Origin: Gracilinanus agilis
Taxonomy: Eukaryota
Direction: 5' to 3'
NCBI RefSeq assembly: GCF_016433145.1
Contig: NC_058131.1
Span: 244,211,865-244,275,864, forward strand
Length of the DNA stretch: 64,000 nt
Part shown: in pieces, positions 49,347 to 62,845 of the stretch
Numbering within the stretch: position 1 is the stretch's first letter
Layout of the letters: the number at the start of each line of letters is the position of its first letter
Notes under the pieces: generated by a model
What the model was told of the DNA's origin: nothing
The model's input: the letters and a program-made list of their open reading frames with translations, nothing else
The model's database searches: none
Program-made: the position numbers and the translations under genes

Positions 49347-50626
49347 AAGTATTCAAAAATGGTAATGAGGCTTTTGCATGGTCTACAAGTCTTTGGCCTC
49401 TCTTGCTTATGACAATGTCAAAGACTTTATTTTCCTTCCTCCATGAAAATCTCAACTCATCTATAAATTTATAAATCTAGAAAGAGGTGCCTAAAGTTCA
49501 GGGAGGTCAAGAAGAGTCAAAGGAAGGGTTTAAATTCAGGTCTAAAAGACTACCAACACCATACCTATCATTATGCTAGGCTGTGTCTCATTGCTTACTC
49601 CCCCCTCCCCACCAAATGTCTTCCAACATATTTTTCCCCATGCTTTCTAATGTCTATCTCCCCACTAAAGTCACCAAGTATTAAGACACAATATTGCTTT
49701 ATTTTGGAGGGTTTGGGTAGTTTTTAATTGAATTTGCCTCTCCTCAAGTAGTTTGCAATAGATATTGGCACACAAACATCAATCTGAGAGGAGGCCTTTT
49801 TGCACATAATTATAATCGCTGCATACAAGATTATCAACTATCCCAAGAAATTTTGTGTTGACTTTGGATACACAACAAAGCAACTTTACCAACTCCTACA
49901 TTTACATACAGCTTCCTTTTGCTTTTGGCTGCATAAAAAAGGAGTGTTAATAAGATGGGTATGATTCACCTAATACATTCAAACAAAACCAACAGGCAGT
50001 TTTCAAAAGAAAAGCAAATTAAAACAACTCTGAAGTTTCACTTTACATCAGACTGGCAAAAATGATCCAAGAGGAACTATGGGAGGAAGGCAAGCACTAT
50101 TGGTGGAGCTGCAAATTGGTTCAAACATTCCTGATCAAAATGTGAGAACTATTCTTTGAAAACAAAATAACAATAACAATATTAATCCTTTAATCCTCAT
50201 GATATCACAAGTAGGTATAATCAAAGTCAAAGATGTACAAAGTCTCAGATATGCAGAAATATTTATGGTAGCAGTATATGTGGTAAGAAAGAGCTGGAAG
50301 CAAAGTAGGTACAAGACAATTAAAAGTATATGAATGATAGATAATACTGCTATGTCATAAGAAACTGTGAATATAAAGAATTCAGACGACATAGGAAATC
50401 TAACATGAACTGATGCAAAGTAAGTAAAACTAAGGAAAAAATTTACCCAACTGCAATAACATAAAGGAAACTAACAAATAAAAGGCACCAGAACTTTGAC
50501 CAGATAATTTTAGAGGAGATCAACAAGTATAATCTCCTCATTTTAGAGGTGAGGAAATGGAGATTCAAAGAGGTTAGTTATATACTTGTTTAGGGTCATA
50601 AAGCATTTAGTAAGTATCTGAGATGT

Positions 50627-50822
50627 AGGGATGGCTAGGAGACTCATTGGATTAAGAGCCAGGCCTAGGGACAAGAGGTCTTAGGTTCAAATCTGGCCTC
50701 AGACACTTCCTAGTTGTGTGACCCTGGGCAAGTCACTTAACCCCCATTATCTAGCCCCTCATTGCTCTTCTGCCTTGGAACCAGTACACAATATTGATTC
50801 TAAGACAGAGGGTAAGGGCTTA
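50627..50822 (+). mobile_element. SINE1_Mdo-like SINE nested in a MIR
   Basis: gggatggctagg...ggttcaaatctggcctcagacacttcctag...aagacagagggtaagggct. Confidence 0.85.
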
Positions 50823-51949
50823 ATTTTTTTTCCCCTTAAGTGTCTGGCAAGTGTCTAATACAAAGAATGACAATCCCTATTCAAGAAGTTTACATTCTAA
50901 TAAGGGAGTCAAATATGCGTAATCCTATACAAAACAATATAATGGAAAAAGATACAAATTCAAAATAATTATTAAATACAAGATATCTGAAAGGGAAGGC
51001 ACTAGCTTGGGGTGGAGAGTGCAAAGGAGGGAGAGGTGGGGCAGCCTATCAGGAAAGCCTTCACGAAGGTGACATCTGAGCTGCATCTTGAAGGAAGAAA
51101 GGAATTCAATGAAGCACAAGTAAGGAGGGAGTGTGCATTCCAGGCAATCATTGCAAAGTAACAGAGGAAGAACACTCAGGGACTGCTGGAAGGAGTAGAG
51201 AGAAGGCCCCTTTGCCTGGAATAGAGTTTAGAAAGGGGATTAATTTTCAATGAGAATATAATATAGTTTGAGGCAAGGTTATGAAGGGCTTAAAAAATTA
51301 AACAGAATAGTTTATATTTTAGTGGCAACAGAAGCCCTGGAATGCCCTGAATTGGAGTGTAACATCATCAAAACTTAAGAAAAATTATGTAGGTAGCTGA
51401 ATGAGGATAGGATAAACTGAAATGAAAAGAGACCTGAGGCAGAAAGCACAATTAAAAGGTCTTGACAGTAATCTAGGGGAGAGGTAATAAAGATCTGAAC
51501 TAGACTAATCACTGGCCTGATGCAATAGATGTGGGTGGTAAGGGAGAATGATTTGTGAAAGAGTGCTAAGATTACCTGAGAGTCTGGAAGAATACTGGGG
51601 TGCAGAAATAAAGAAGTTTGTAAGAGGAACTGGTTTGGAAAAGAGCTGGAAAGAAATAAAGAAATGTCTGTTTTGGACATGATGAATTCTCTATGTTTCT
51701 GGGATATCCACTTTGAAATATCCAAAAGATAAGTATCTGAGGTAAGATTTGAATCCAGGTCCTACACAGATAATATCTTAAATGATTTACACATTCTATA
51801 AGTCTTGTTTCTGGAGACCTGAGTTTCATTCTCAGCAAAATGAATGTCACTAAGGGCTCTAGTGGTTCTGCCACTCTATAATTCTTTTTAACAGATAAAA
51901 GATGTAAAAAGGTTTTGCATGAGTCAGAATCAGTAATTTGAAACTAAGG

Positions 51950-52165
51950 TTAAAAAAACAAGAACAAAAACAAAAACTTTACTTTCTGTCTTAGAATCAA
52001 TACTGCATTGGTTCCAAGGCAGAAGAGCAGCAAGGGTCAGGCAATGAGGGTTAAGTGACTTGCTCAAGGTCACACAGCTAGGAAATTTCTGAGGCTTTGA
52101 TTTGAACCCAGGACCCCCACTCCTCTCACCCACCAGGCTTTCAAATCCACAGAGCCACCCAAGCA
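51950..52165 (-). mobile_element. SINE1_Mdo-like SINE
   Basis: Consensus-like antisense body. Confidence 0.85.
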
Positions 52166-52215
52166 TTTAAAAAAAAAAAACCAAACACTTTGAGCTTTAA
52201 AAACACTTTGGGCCA

Positions 52216-52416
52216 ACAACTGCTTGAACAATGCAATTACCAAGAATTTGGAAATTGGTCTTGATCAAGGACACATGACAAAACTAGTGGAAATGCTCAT
52301 CGGCCATGGGTGGGGGGAGCGGGGGGGGGGGGTGTGTGTGAAGGGGAAAGGAGGAGCATGAATCATGTAACCATGTTAAAAATGTATATTAATAAATGTT
52401 AAAAAAAAACAAAAAC
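52216..52416 (+). mobile_element. Short 5'-truncated L1 3' end with AATAAA, A-tail and 17-bp TSD AAAAACACTTTGGGCCA
   Basis: TSD at 52199-52215 and 52417-52433. Confidence 0.88.
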
Positions 52417-53599
52417 AAAAACACTTTGGGCCACCCAAGTTGCCCCAATAAGTATTCTTTTAAAAACAAAACAAAACACACAAAAAAAAGCACTTTGAAA
52501 ATTCCAAAATTCTGAAAAGATAAAAGATATTCAAGAACTCCTGAATGATTCACACTTGTAAGGTTCAGTATCATAAAACAAAATCAAAGCAGGCTATCAG
52601 TTTTTATAACAGATTCAGAGACTTCTTAACATCTTCCTAAGAAACATGTAATTATTTTTACACAAATTCAGTGAACAATTTATAGGTTGTCATTTACAAC
52701 TATAATTCAAATGAGAAACTAGACAGATAAAGGTTCACACTTTCACAAACACAAAAGTTCCATCCATCAGCCAAAGAAGGTAGCCTTAGGGAATATGTCC
52801 AACCAAGCCTGGAATGTTACCTGGGGTAGAGCATTCCTCTAGGCTATCCCTACAGACACTCCCAGACAACACTAAACATTCCCTTTGGTACTACACTCCC
52901 TTTCCATTAGAATAATAGTCTCTGTGTTCTCTTCATAATCAGGTGATATAGCCTTAAGTAGAATACATCAATAAATACTTATGATGCATAAAAATTCTTC
53001 AGAAATCTAAGCACAGTAAAAGGAGGGAAATAACTCTTAATTGGGAACCACAGAAAAAAGTAAAAATAAAAGTTTTATACATAGTCTTTAAAAATACTCT
53101 TTGAAAATGCATGTTACTAAAAGTAGTTATATTTATAAACTATTGGAAAGTAGCCAAGGATATCTAGCAAGTAGGATATGCTAAGACCCTACAACAAAAG
53201 GTCATTAAGTAAAAACACACTAGTTTCCTTCAAGCTTAGTTCTGAGCCTCCAGGAAGACACTGCATTTATTACCTCAGAATCAGTTTTACAGGATCATAG
53301 AATTTTAGAACTAGAAAGAAACTGCAAGATCATCTAGTCCAATCTCATTTTACAGATGGAGAAACTGAAGCTTGGAGAATTTTTTCTTCTTCAATTCTAA
53401 GAGATGGGAATATTGAATTGGTCGCCACTTCCCCCCCAAAAAAACCTAAAATACAACCTAACCAGATGCTGAACAGGGCTAACCTACTTCTAAATAAAGC
53501 TTTACAGCTCTTTCACACTGATTTAGCAAGTCATCTCTCTAGAAAACTGCTTAGAAGGACCTTGAGACACATATCAAAGGTCCGAGAAAAGACTCAAGA

Positions 53600-53785
53600 T
53601 GGGGTAGCTACGTGGCTCAGTGGCCAGGCCTGGAAACACATTTAAACCCAGGATATGGGTTTAAATGTGGCCTCGGATACTTTTTAACTGTGTGACCCTG
53701 GACAAGTCACTTAAGCCTCAATTGCCTAGCCTCTTCTGCCTTGGAACCAATCAATTCTAAGAGAGAAGGCAAAAGTTAAAAATAA
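53600..53785 (+). mobile_element. SINE1_Mdo-like SINE
   Basis: ggggtagctacgtggctcagtg...gacaagtcacttaa. Confidence 0.82.
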
Positions 53786-54041
53786 AGACTCTAGCTAAGT
53801 CAGACCATGAAACAGTTTAAGCTTCCTTCTCACATTCAGATCAAAATGAATCCAAAGATCCAACTGTTAAGTTTTTCAGTGTGAGTATTTTTATCTCAGA
53901 AATCAACAAATGTTACAAATGATATCTTGAGGTTTTGTTGACTATTTAAATTTAACAAAATAATGGGGAAATTCTAAATAATGCAGATTAAACTTTTGCC
54001 CACATAAACTGCATCCATTTCTTTAAAAACAGTTTGCATAC

Positions 54042-54210
54042 CTAGAGACGGGAGGTCCTAGGTTCAAATCTGACCTCAGACACTTCCCAGCTGTGTGACC
54101 CTGGGCAAGTCACTTGACCCCCATTGCCCACCCTTATCACTCTTCCACCAATAAGTCAATACACAGAAGTTAAGGGTTTAAAAATGTAAAACAAACAAAC
54201 AAACAAACAA
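54042..54210 (+). mobile_element. 5'-truncated young SINE1_Mdo-like SINE with 17-bp TSD AAAAACAGTTTGCATAC
   Basis: TSD on both flanks; (CAAA)n tail. Confidence 0.9.
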
Positions 54211-54864
54211 AAAAACAGTTTGCATACAACTTGAGTAGTCTTTAAAGTAATGTCATTTTCTAGCATATGTCCATATGTACTTTTTTCTCTTCCAAAGATA
54301 TCTGGGGGGGTGGGGGGGGTGGTGGTGGTGGTGGTCTATAATCTGAACAATATGGTTTAAGATGCTTGAATCATTCCAGGTTTAAATCAGTATAATCATA
54401 ATAAATAATGATGATGACAAAAATAACAACAACAATAGATAACATTTATCTAGTGCATTAAAAGTTTGGAAAAGGCTTTACAAAAATTATCTTATTGTAT
54501 CCTGAACAACAGCCCTGGGAGAATTAGTGCTATTATCATCCCTTTATACAGTTCAGAAAACTGAGGCAAGTAAAGATTAAGTGACTTGTCTAGGGTCACA
54601 CAGCTACTAAATGTCTGAAGCCAGATTTTAATTCTGGCTTTACTTACTTCAGGCCAACACTCTATCCACTGAATCACCAGCTGTCTCTGATAATAATGCT
54701 ACCATCTATATAACATTTGTCCAGTTCTCAAATTGCTTTTCTCATGATATACACATTAAGAGTATTTTACAGATGAGGAAACAGCCTCACAGTGAGGTTA
54801 GATATGTTGTTTATGGCCAGGCCTCAACTCTGATCTTTCATTTCTAAGTCTTGATCTTTTTCTT

Positions 54865-55060
54865 TTTTTTTAATTTTAAACCCTTACCTTCCATCTTGGA
54901 ATCAATACTATGTATTGGTTACAAGGCAGAAGAGTGGCAAGAGGGGTCAAGTGACTTGCCCAGGGTCACACCACTGGGAAGTGTCTGAGGCCAGATTTAA
55001 ACCTAGGAGCTCCCATCTCTAGGCCTGGGTCTCAATCCACAGAGCTACCCAGCTGCCCCC
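54865..55060 (-). mobile_element. Young SINE1_Mdo-like SINE
   Basis: Imperfect TSD tcttga(t/g)ctttttct; consensus-like body. Confidence 0.9.
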
Positions 55061-56089
55061 TCTTGAGCTTTTTCTATTAAAATCTACCCTCACTCTTAAA
55101 GCAACAAATCAGAGGCAGCTAGCTGGCATAGTAGATGGAGCACCATGCCTGGAGTCAAGAAGACCTAAGCTAAAATATGGCCTCAGACACTTCCTAGCTA
55201 TGGTAACCAGGGCAACTGTTAGCCTAACCTTTGCCCTTCTGTCTTAGGAGGTGATACTAAGACAGAAAGTAACAGTTAAAAAAAAGTGTGTGTGTGTGTG
55301 GGGGCGGAACAAACTAAAAAATAGTGCCTACTTGAAAGTATGCCAGTAGTAAGCACCTTCTTCATTTAAGGAGCCAACTTTCAAGTTTTGATTAACAGAA
55401 AAATACATTCAAGTCCTAATAGTAAGTTTTTTTATTACAGAAATCAAAGCAGAAGAGTTGTTCTGCAGAATCTAAAGAAGTGAAAGAAAAGAGCCCTCTC
55501 TCCAGTATAATAACAACACAGAAAATCAAATACCATTTAAAATACACTACATTTGGGATAACTATTTTAAAATTAGATTCTACAGTGACTTCTACGAAGT
55601 CTGACAGGAAATTCGGCCTATTTTTAACCCCCCCCCCAATTACCATGCATAATAAGTATTTTTGGCATATTTATCATTTGAAAAGAAAAATGATGATGGT
55701 TCAGAATTGTCTTTCACACCCACAGAATGCTAATTTTTTTTAATTTAATTTTGTTACATTAAAATATCCAGTTAATTTCCCCACCCACCCATTAGAGAAT
55801 GTTTCATTTGACAAAAAGATGCATATATAAATAAAACTATATCTTACTTATTAGTTCTTTCTCTGGCAGTAGAAATATGAAAATCATTCTTATATAATGT
55901 TCTCTTGGTTCTGCTCATTTCACTCTTTATAATTTCATGTAAGTCTGGTCTTTGCAAATGTCTTGCTTTTTTTCCTAAATCTTTTTCCCCCCCTAAAATT
56001 AACCTATTCATTTGTGATAGAATACTAGTGCACCATAAGAATAGTAAGTTTCCATAGAACTTTCTGAGAAATGCTGGTCTATTGAACAA

Positions 56090-56090
<1 letters not shown>

Positions 56091-56115
<25 letters not shown>
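56091..56115. repeat. (GA)n microsatellite
   Basis: Seen directly. Confidence 0.9.
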
Positions 56116-56120
<5 letters not shown>

Positions 56121-57715
56121 ACAGACCACATAAAGTAGAAAGCATGCTGAATTTGGGAGTCAAAGAACCTAGGGTCAAGGTCTAGCTCTGTTACTATTTC
56201 TATGACACTGGGCAAATTACTTACCCTCTCTAGGCCTTAGTTTCCCTCCTCTGTGAAATTAGTGGATCGGCTTAGATGAGTTCTAAAGTCTCCAATTTCT
56301 AAATACTAAAATCTTAAAACTGCATGTAACATATTGATTTTTTTATTTATTGGTTGATCACATTTCTGGGATACTATCCCTTTAGAAGATACTTAAGTCA
56401 CAGGTTCACAACGGACAGATTTTGATCCACCTATGCCCTAAGATCCTGGTCACCACTGGTACCCTAGTACAAAGGAATATCTAGCCATATGGATCCAGTA
56501 ATAGAGGTGGCTAGAACACCAGGTCTGGAGTCAGGAGGATATAGACTTGAATTTGATCTCAGACACTTCCTAGCTGTGTGGTACTGGGTAAATCGCCCCA
56601 ACTGCCTAGCATTTCTGACTCTTGTTTTGGAATTAATAAGACAATTGTTTTGGAACTGATAAGACAGATGGTAAGGATTAAAAAAGAAAAAAGATCCACC
56701 CAGTAAGCACTCATCCTGCTACCTCATAACTCATACTCTCAGCACCAACTCTATGTCTCCATTCCTTCTATTATAATGGGATATGGAGAAGACAAAAGAT
56801 AAATATTTTCAATCCACACCTCATGAACAAGCCAGCAATTAATTCACTTAATTTAAATTAGGTTTCTGAATATAGAGTCAATATAATGAAAGATGATCTC
56901 AATGCAGCAGTTATGTGAAGATCTTATAGAAAGAAAATAGTAAAGAGGAAGAAAGATATTTAGTCTCCCAAGCATCTGATTTAACAAATGATAGATTGGT
57001 TATACTGAAAGATTAAAAACTAAAAACATTAAAAAATGCTAGAGGAAAGATGTATATTTAACACACAGCAACCCAGGTGCAAGTGGCCATTTTTTTAAGA
57101 GACCATATCCCTGAAATTTAATCACATCACATCAAACTCTGTCTTAAATTCATCAACTTCACTTTTTTAAATGTGCTTTTTGATTGCACATCAGTCATTT
57201 TTTAAATATCTCTTTTCCCCCATCTTCCCTTGTAATGAAAACAAAAAGAAGTAGTAGCCTTTTCTGATAAGATAGCCTTCTTTCAGGCTCAAGTCTCTGC
57301 CTCGGGTAAGAATTTTACTAAGCCACAAATTTATATAGCCATTACTCTTTGTGGGATCGAGTATTTCCAGAAACAGTCTAGCCCTGGAGGGCAAAAAAAA
57401 AAAAAAAAAAAAAAAAACCAAAACACAAAAAATGATGACATGGGAAATCTCCCCAGGATACACATAACCACAAGGAAGAGCCTAGTGCTCATTTTAAACA
57501 ACAAATGTGTTCCAGTGAAAATGGCTGTAAAGCACCTCCTATTTCAAAAGACAGGTTCCCATAGAGGGGAAAAATAGATAAATACTGAGTTGCAAACTTG
57601 ACTAATGTAGTATGAACAACATTTAACCACTAATATTACTGGTTCCTGTGGCAGTGGGCCCTGTCCTGTAGTGCAGCTAGGAATTCACCAGCTGGTCTAG
57701 GAAACTGGAAGGTCA

Positions 57716-57756
57716 TTGCCAAAAGTCTCATTTTTGCCAAAAGTCTCATTTTTGCC
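57716..57756. repeat. Perfect 18-bp tandem duplication TTGCCAAAAGTCTCATTT (2.3 copies)
   Basis: Seen directly. Confidence 0.95.
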
Positions 57757-58559
57757 CTAAGCAGCTTTGCTAAGTAGCTTCTAGGTCACCTAAAACACGA
57801 AATCTTCAGAGGGGTTAGGGACAGGTGGCAAGGGGTGTCCTCAGGCTTAACAGCCTGAGCCTTCCCAGCATCCCACACACATACCCTTCTGACCAACTCA
57901 ACACGGTCGCAAATATAGAAGCAAGAAACTTCACCCATCTGAGCCTGCCAAGACTCCTTGCTTGCTGTATGTCTTTTCAATGCTATCTTTCAGTAGATTT
58001 CTTTTTGTTAATGTTATGTGGTCTATGAATATCTCATTTCATTCCAGTCCTGAAGCTGAACCACCAAACCTGCAAAAGCTTAACCTGGTTCAGACCAGAA
58101 AAAAAGTTAAAATGCAGTGTTTTGCAAAGTTTCCTGACTAGAATTTTTTCCTTCTCTATGTACTCTCTCCTCAAACCAAAGTCATCTCTCCCACATCCAG
58201 AAGCTCTTGGTTCCATGTTTTCATTTCTAAGAGCTTTTCTTAGTATTTGTTCATTTCAGATATTTTATACAGTCTGGCTACAATATCATGTTTCAATATT
58301 CAACATGAGTTTAGGATCCATCTGAAACTATGTTTGAGGCTACAAGTTCTAGGAAATTCTAGGATCCATGATTTTGGTCATATACATGTTTATTTCACTC
58401 CTGCCTACATACACACACTGGGTTCCCTTCCTTAAAACCCTCTCTTGACCTAACCAATCCCTTAAAGAGATTTCCATATTACCTTTCTTCCTTTCAAACA
58501 TAGACAAACACTTAAGAAAGAGCTGCAATCTAGTTTCCAACCAATAAATTAACTAGCAA

Positions 58560-59770
58560 CTGAATTGATCTGACCAAAGTTACCAAGTCCAATGAAAGGC
58601 CTTTTATCAGGTTTCAATCCTCTTGTCTAAGACTCCTGATCACATTCTCTTTCTAGATACTTTCTTCTCTGAGTTTTAATAATTATACTTGGACCTTGTC
58701 CTAACTGTCTGGCTTCTGCTTCTCAGTTTCCTTTACTCAATTATCAATCATGTCTTGCTCAATAATTGAGGAAGTATCCTAAGGTTCAGTAGTGGGTACT
58801 CTTCTTTCTCTATACTCTTGCTTGATAACTTCACCAATTCCTATGACTTTAACTATCACCTCCATGCCATTGATTCACAAATTTAAACATCTATGCCCTC
58901 ATCTCTCTCTCTAGCTCTAACTCAGGATCTACAACTATCTATTGGACATTACCATCTGGATGTTCCCATAGTTATCTCAAGCTTATGATATCCAAAAGAG
59001 AACTCATTATCTTTAACCCAAAATCAGCCTTCTTTCGAGGGATCTATCATCCTTCCAGTTTACCCAGGTTAACAACCTTGGGTTATTCAACCTCTCACTC
59101 ACTTAACCTATCCAATTAGTGCCCAATTCTTGTTGATTTTATCTTCTTAGTATCTTGTACAAACCATTCCTTTCTCTTCATTCATACAACCACCACTCTA
59201 GTTAAATCCCTCTCATCCTCTCACTTGGGCTCCCTATCTGCTGTCTCCAATCTATCCTCCACCTGGTACATCTCTGACTCTCATTCAAAAACCTCAATTG
59301 GCCCCAAGCAGCTTAAAATAAAAGTTCCTCCATTTCACAAGTAAAGTCCTTCAAAATCTGGTTCAAGACTATCTTTTAAGGCTTTTTATACACTTCAGAT
59401 TCTCTACATGTAAGCCAAACTATTTCCAAAACCCCAATATTCCATCTCCTATACTGATGCCTTTGCACAGGCTGTCCCACTCATGCCTAGGATGTACTCT
59501 CTCTTCATCTTTGCAGCAGACTGCTTCACTTCCTTAAAAGCTCAGCCAAAGTGGCATTTCCTGTAAGAACTTCATCACTAACATCAACCTAATTTGTTTG
59601 TGCCCTCCTCCCAGCGATTCATTTGTGTCTTTTCTGTATTTATTTCGTATTATATTTTCTATAAACATGTATGTTTCCTTCTCCCCTCCAACAGAATAAG
59701 TGCATTGATGGCAAGGATTAATTTTTGTCTTTGTATCAGGCATATGGCAGTATCTGATTCATAATAGTAA
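58560..59770 (+). mobile_element. LINE-2 remnant
   Basis: ggacattaccatctggatgttcccatagttatctcaagctt...ccaaaagagaactc L2 hallmarks. Confidence 0.82.
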
Positions 59771-59834
59771 TAGGGGGTAGTCTTTGTTTTTTTCTTAAGT
59801 TTTAAGTTGCTTTTTTTACCTTCCATCATAGAAC

Positions 59835-60648
59835 TGTAAGGGTTAAATTAGGGATTTGACAAAATGAGCAAGCAGCTTTTAATAACTTAAAAGTTTTAAT
59901 GAGAATATAGTAGAGTTGTAAATTAATATTATCCCAAGATAATACTAGCCAGAGAAAAGAAAACTTCTAGCAGCTTTTAACAATTAACAATTTAGTTTCA
60001 TTAAAATAGAGGTAGTAAAAGAATATAGTAAAATTAATATAGTAAAGGAAGAACGAGGTAGAGAAATTTTCTTAATGTCTATACTAGTAATCCTATAACT
60101 GCCTATAACTACTGTCTAAAACTGCCTATGTCTACCCATAATAACAACCACCCCATAAAGTTCTAACCCAATCTAGCCCAATCAAAACCAACCCAATCAG
60201 TGTTTAATCCAACCCCAATTAGGTCTGTCAACAAAAACCAGCCACCTTCCAAAAAGTTCAAGGAAGGGAAAAAACCTAACAGCCCAAACCAAAAGCCAAA
60301 AACCCAAAAGGCAAAAAGCCCTCTAAAGGTTAAAGCCAAAAGCCTTCTCAGTAAGCTCAGGCCCACCTTTATATTCCTGCAACTAAACACCAACCATCAA
60401 CTAATAACCAACCCACACCACCAACAACCAACCCTCAATGACCAACCCACCCTTGGCAGCCAACTTCCCTGCAACTGACAGCCCTAACTGTCAGCAACTG
60501 ACAGCCCCAAACAACTGACCCTGGCTCAGCTCTCCAGTTTCTACTTCCTGTCACTGTGGGCCAGTTAATCCCTAAACATCTCTATGGTAAGAGGACCTCC
60601 AGGTACCCCATTAAATTTTTAAAAAAGGAAAAAAGAATTCCTTTTACA
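59835..60648 (-). mobile_element. Solo LTR (814 bp), ERV1-like, 4-bp TSD GAAC, inserted into a SINE
   Basis: TGTAAG...TTTACA termini; GAAC at 59831-59834 and 60649-60652; minus-strand TATAAAGG near 60370; ATTAAA near 59897; SINE resumes after the LTR to ~60800. Confidence 0.88.
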
Positions 60649-61489
60649 GAACCTATACTTTGTATTGGTCCCAAGGCAGAAGAGTGGTAAGGTTGCAATT
60701 GGGGGTAAGTAACTTGCATTGTGTCACACTGGAAGAAAGTGTCTGAAGTCAAATTTGAACATAGGACTTCTCATCCCCTAGGACTGATTCTCAATACACT
60801 AAGCCACCCCGCTGCCCCTGTACTGAGTACTAACAAAAATTAAATGAGTTAATTTTTTAATAGTCAAGAGATCATTTATTCACAAAACCAAATAAGATAT
60901 TCATAGTTCATAAAAATTCAAAGACATCTTAGTATAGTAAAGAGCATTAGAGATCATTCTGTTCAAATCCTTTAAGAAGAAAAAGGAAAAAAAAAAAAAC
61001 TGAAGCCCAGGAAGAAATTAAAAGCTGAAGATTCTACAATTAGTAGCAGAAGGAAGACTCAAAATCAATTCTGAGACAAAGAAAGTGTCCATGGCTTTTC
61101 CCACTGCTTTTTCAAGTCTAAATTTCTGGGACTTAACAACAAAGAATCTCAGAAAGTATTGCAGAGACCACATAGTCCACCTGTACCTGAGCAGGAATCT
61201 CCTATACAACAACCCAGAAGCAAATGCTGCCAATCCCAAGACGGCTTTGATGAGATATAATTGGCATCTATATCACAATTATTTTTTGAATAGGCAAGCA
61301 GACAGACCATTTATTAACCATTTACTGTGAAAGCATTGCTAAACTCTGAGGATACAAATATAAGCAAGACAATTGTTGCCCTCAAGGAGCTTACTTTCTA
61401 ACACTAGGAAGAAAACATAGGGGAGCTAGAAAAAGAAGAATACCTGCAATGTTATAGTTTGGAAATAATGGTCAAGAAGAAATGTAGAG

Positions 61490-61695
61490 GGACAGCTAGG
61501 TGGCTCGGTAGATAGAGCCCCAGGCCTGGAGTTGGGAATCCTGGGTTCAAATCTGTACTGAGATACTTCCTAGCTGTGTCACCCAGAGCAAATCACTTAA
61601 ATCTAATTGCCTAGCCCTTACTGCTCTTCTGCCTTAGAACAATACTTAGTATTGATTCTAAGACAGAAGGTAAAGGTTAAAAATAAATTTTTTAA
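61490..61695 (+). mobile_element. SINE1_Mdo-like SINE
   Basis: gggacagctaggtggctc...aagacagaaggtaaaggtt. Confidence 0.85.
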
Positions 61696-61696
61696 G

Positions 61697-62845
61697 TGAT
61701 GTAGAGACCTAGTACTAGACAAAATAAAGCAAAAGCTCATTCAGAGCCCAGATTGACTCAAGGAGCAGAGTGTACAGTAGTTTCAGTATAATGGTGTGGT
61801 TGAAACAAGCCCAAAAGAGACTGAGACATGTGTGTCAAATTCAGACTCTGGGAGCTGAGAGTCACACCTTGATTGACAGGTGAAGACAGTTGGAGACATC
61901 AGAATGTTCCCAGAGGCCATGAGGACAAGAGGAAAGGCAGTTGGCCAGAAAGGATATAAATACTCTGGCAGCCCCCTGACAGGGAGCCTTGGATCCTTTG
62001 TCTTTTGGGGACCCTTTTGGCTTTGCCTTGGCTGAGCTTTGCCTAAACTCTTGCCTTGGACATTTGATTTTGAACATTGATTGACCTGTGGGTCAGAACG
62101 TGGCTCCTCTGATTCTCTCTGAATCCCTAGATATTTAGGCACCTAAACCATTACTAGATATTTAGGTATCCCAGGTTGGGGGGGGGGGGGGGCGGTGAGG
62201 GATCTAGGAAGTGGGTAGGAGAAGAAGAGGGTGGTAAGGGTGGTATTTCCTGAAGGCTGAAGGACTGGCACAACAACTAGCAGTAAGAAAGCCGAGAGAG
62301 ATCATCAATATTTGTGTCATACAAACAGATTGCTTACTCTGGTTTGGCTGTGGCCAGGCTGAGCCAGAGGAGGTGAAGAACAAGAGTCCAGCATTACTGA
62401 ACAGCCTACAGTCCTGAGGGATTATTGTCTTAGCTTTAGTGACAGGGACTCCTATTCACCAATCCATTCCTGATCTTTCCTTTCCCTTGTTAAACAACAT
62501 AGATAAAGTTATTAAGTACCTTCCTGGAGTAGTTATTCCATCACCACTCTGGGGAGGGAGAAACACAGTCAGATGAACGTTATCCAAGGCTAATAGAGCC
62601 CAATACTAATAATCAATCAACCCCAGGTGGGACCTGAAAGGGTTACCCATCCACTTACCTTTAGGGATCCTGCCTGGGCACTGTTATAAAGAAGGGCAGT
62701 TATTACAACCTCCAGCTGGGTGGCAGGACTCGGGTGTCCCTGCACCAGCCATCAGGGGAACCAAACCACAGCTTCCTCAGATTAGTAATATCATAACTAC
62801 TAGCCTAGTAGTAGTATCAAGATTGCCTTCTCATTTTTTATAACA
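61697..62845 (+). mobile_element. Long ERV LTR (~1.15 kb)
   Basis: TG...ATAACA ends; TATAAATA at ~61956; motifs shared with the 39.5-kb LTR. TSD not resolved. Confidence 0.7.

Noticed and set aside
60100-60520. AC-rich short repeats (ctataactg, aactgacagccc) resembling an array
   Set aside because: Internal repeats of the solo LTR 59835-60648, not an independent array.
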